This document shows positions 62,437-64,000 of a stretch of 64,000 nt of DNA, in pieces. The notes beneath the pieces are model-generated. The model worked only from the letters and a program-made list of their open reading frames with translations. It had not been told where the DNA came from and made no database searches. Location of the stretch: assembly GCA_018693315.1 (NCBI GenBank), contig JABHLR010000008.1, forward strand, positions 42,472 to 106,471, given 5' to 3'. Position 1 is the first letter of the stretch, and every line of letters starts with the position of its first letter. The position numbers and the translations under genes are program-made. The DNA is from an archaeon (GTDB taxonomy: Archaea > Nanobdellota > Nanobdellia > Pacearchaeales > GW2011-AR1).

Positions 62437-64000
62437 ATGAGAGGGAAGTTGTTTTTATTGGGGTTTGTGTTTTTATTAGTTTGTAGTGGATTTGTCGTTG
62501 CTGATGATTGTAATGCTATTAATCTTGATGTCTATAAAGGTGAGCGGGGGACTTATGTTCTGCCTCCTACTGGTTTGTCTGGAGATATTAATTATGTTAG
62601 TCTTGATCGTTCTGCAACAGACTTAACTGCTGCGGATTTGGATGAGGTTAGTGTTTTGATTATTGGAGATCGTAACTTTGAAAATTCTGATCAATGGGCC
62701 GATGCTCCTACTTATGTTAATTCTTTGGATACTGAGTTGTCCGTGATTAAAACTGCTTGGGAAAATGGAATGGATGTTATTTTGATTGGGGATAATGGTG
62801 CAGCTAGTGGTGGACAAAAAGCAAATTATTGGTCGGCAGATGTTGCAAATTATTTGACGGATAGTATGAACTATGCTGATTCTGCAGTTAATTATGGAGG
62901 GTCTTCAGTAAACCCCGTAACTCCTGATTTGGTTGAGTTTCCTTTTTTGGATGGTGTTTCGTTTTCTTTGGCAAATGATGGTCTCTGGTCTCCGGGATTG
63001 ATTTCGGTTATTTCTCCAGCAAAATGTGCTGCTCGTACTTCTTTAGATGGTAGCTGCTTTGTTTCTTATTTGCCCGAAACTGATGATCATGGTTATTTGT
63101 TTGTTTCAGGGAATGCGTTTGTCGGAAGCGATGTTTATACTAAGAATTTGATTGAGCAGAGTTGTGATGGAACTACATATTGTGAAGCTGCTGGGTTTGA
63201 CTGTGTTTCTCGTGATAGCTGTTCCGCAATGGAAGAAAATTATTTTTGTTCTCGTTTAAGTGATGTTTGCTGTAGTGACGATGATGGGAATTTTAAGTGG
63301 ACTGTTGAAGCTACCGCGAAGGTTAAAACTACTACGAAAAGATATAAGACTATTACTGTAAAAAATCCTGATGGTGCTGGCGGTCCATATTTGACTGGTA
63401 ATATCGCTTGTTCGAAAAATGGATATGACGGATGTGATGTGGTTGTTTCTGGAGCACTTGCAGGACACGACAACAATGTTAATTTCCCTTTAAATGCCGC
63501 TTGTACTCGTTATTTCCCAGATGATAGACACGATAGGCCTGTTTTGAATGTAAAATGTTATAATAATGTTGTTTCATATACTGAAATTATGGGGGATGCT
63601 TCTAGAGAAGAGATGATTCCTCCTAAAGAAGAAGTTAAGGATTTCGGCACACCCGTGATTGGCTATCCTACACCTGAACGAACTATTGATAGCGTTGTTT
63701 ATTCTTTGAGTGATGATTCTGATTATGTTATGACTTGGTTTTCTGATGGTGGGAATACTACTACCGACCCTCTTGTAAAAGTAATGGGATGCCTGGATAT
63801 GAATTCTAATGATATTTGTGATTATACAGAGGTGGAGGATTGTTCTGCTCTTGATGGCGATAATGATAACGATGGTTGTAATGCTGGATTTGATTCTGAT
63901 TGCGGTGGGGTAGAGGGTGTTGATGATGCTGGCATAACTTGTTTTGATGAGATTGATAATGACTGTGATGGTATGATTGATGGTGATGACGATGATTTAA
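62437..64000 (+). CDS. secreted Cys-rich surface protein, N-terminal part (continues beyond window end)
   Basis: Own translation is open from ATG 62437 to the window end. Signal peptide MRGKLFLLGFVFLLVCSGFVVA. Many Cys residues. The visible part ends in CFDEIDNDCDGMIDGDDDD (DNDCDG-type motif). TTTATATA lies 26 nt upstream. Confidence 0.75.
   Translation, partial: MRGKLFLLGFVFLLVCSGFVVADDCNAINLDVYKGERGTYVLPPTGLSGDINYVSLDRSATDLTAADLDEVSVLIIGDRNFENSDQWADAPTYVNSLDTELSVIKTAWENGMDVILIGDNGAASGGQKANYWSADVANYLTDSMNYADSAVNYGGSSVNPVTPDLVEFPFLDGVSFSLANDGLWSPGLISVISPAKCAARTSLDGSCFVSYLPETDDHGYLFVSGNAFVGSDVYTKNLIEQSCDGTTYCEAAGFDCVSRDSCSAMEENYFCSRLSDVCCSDDDGNFKWTVEATAKVKTTTKRYKTITVKNPDGAGGPYLTGNIACSKNGYDGCDVVVSGALAGHDNNVNFPLNAACTRYFPDDRHDRPVLNVKCYNNVVSYTEIMGDASREEMIPPKEEVKDFGTPVIGYPTPERTIDSVVYSLSDDSDYVMTWFSDGGNTTTDPLVKVMGCLDMNSNDICDYTEVEDCSALDGDNDNDGCNAGFDSDCGGVEGVDDAGITCFDEIDNDCDGMIDGDDDDL

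Overview
Low-GC, very compact archaeal chromosome segment. The gene set and architecture look DPANN-like (Woese-/Pace-/Nanoarchaeota type); that placement is inference. I support about 75 protein genes, 3 tRNAs (Gly-CCC, Ile-GAU, Cys-GCA) and no rRNA or CRISPR array. Most genes are archaeal information-processing genes: metG (partial), rpl15e, DNA ligase, TBP, prs, rps19e-rpl39e-rpl31e, cbf5, an intein-containing MCM, an RPA2-like OB-fold protein, aRF1, valS, topA, radB, rpoL, rad50-mre11, RNase J, the pop5-psmA-SBDS-rrp4-rrp41-rrp42-rpoK-eno...rps2 superoperon, plus trxA, Nudix and aroE. The plus strand is G+T-rich whichever way the genes point. Most first genes have a TATA-like octamer about 25 nt upstream of the ATG, which suggests leaderless mRNAs. 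Several blocks stand out from this background. (1) A skew-reversed cassette at 38.1-40.8 kb holds a tandem Lrp regulator, a small TM peptide and a radical SAM/SPASM enzyme. (2) A 30-nt near-identical in-frame element is shared by rps19e and pop5. (3) A 7-kb locus holds two paralogous pilin-signal, Cys-rich, beta-helix giant surface proteins, with a frameshift and relic gene ends that record duplication and module insertion. (4) An A-rich island lies next to tRNA-Cys. (5) An NTase, a phosphatase and a TGA-interrupted mini-ORF are inserted between eno and rps2. (6) MCM carries a 445-aa LAGLIDADG intein. All function calls come from motif recognition by eye; no database search or alignment program was run.
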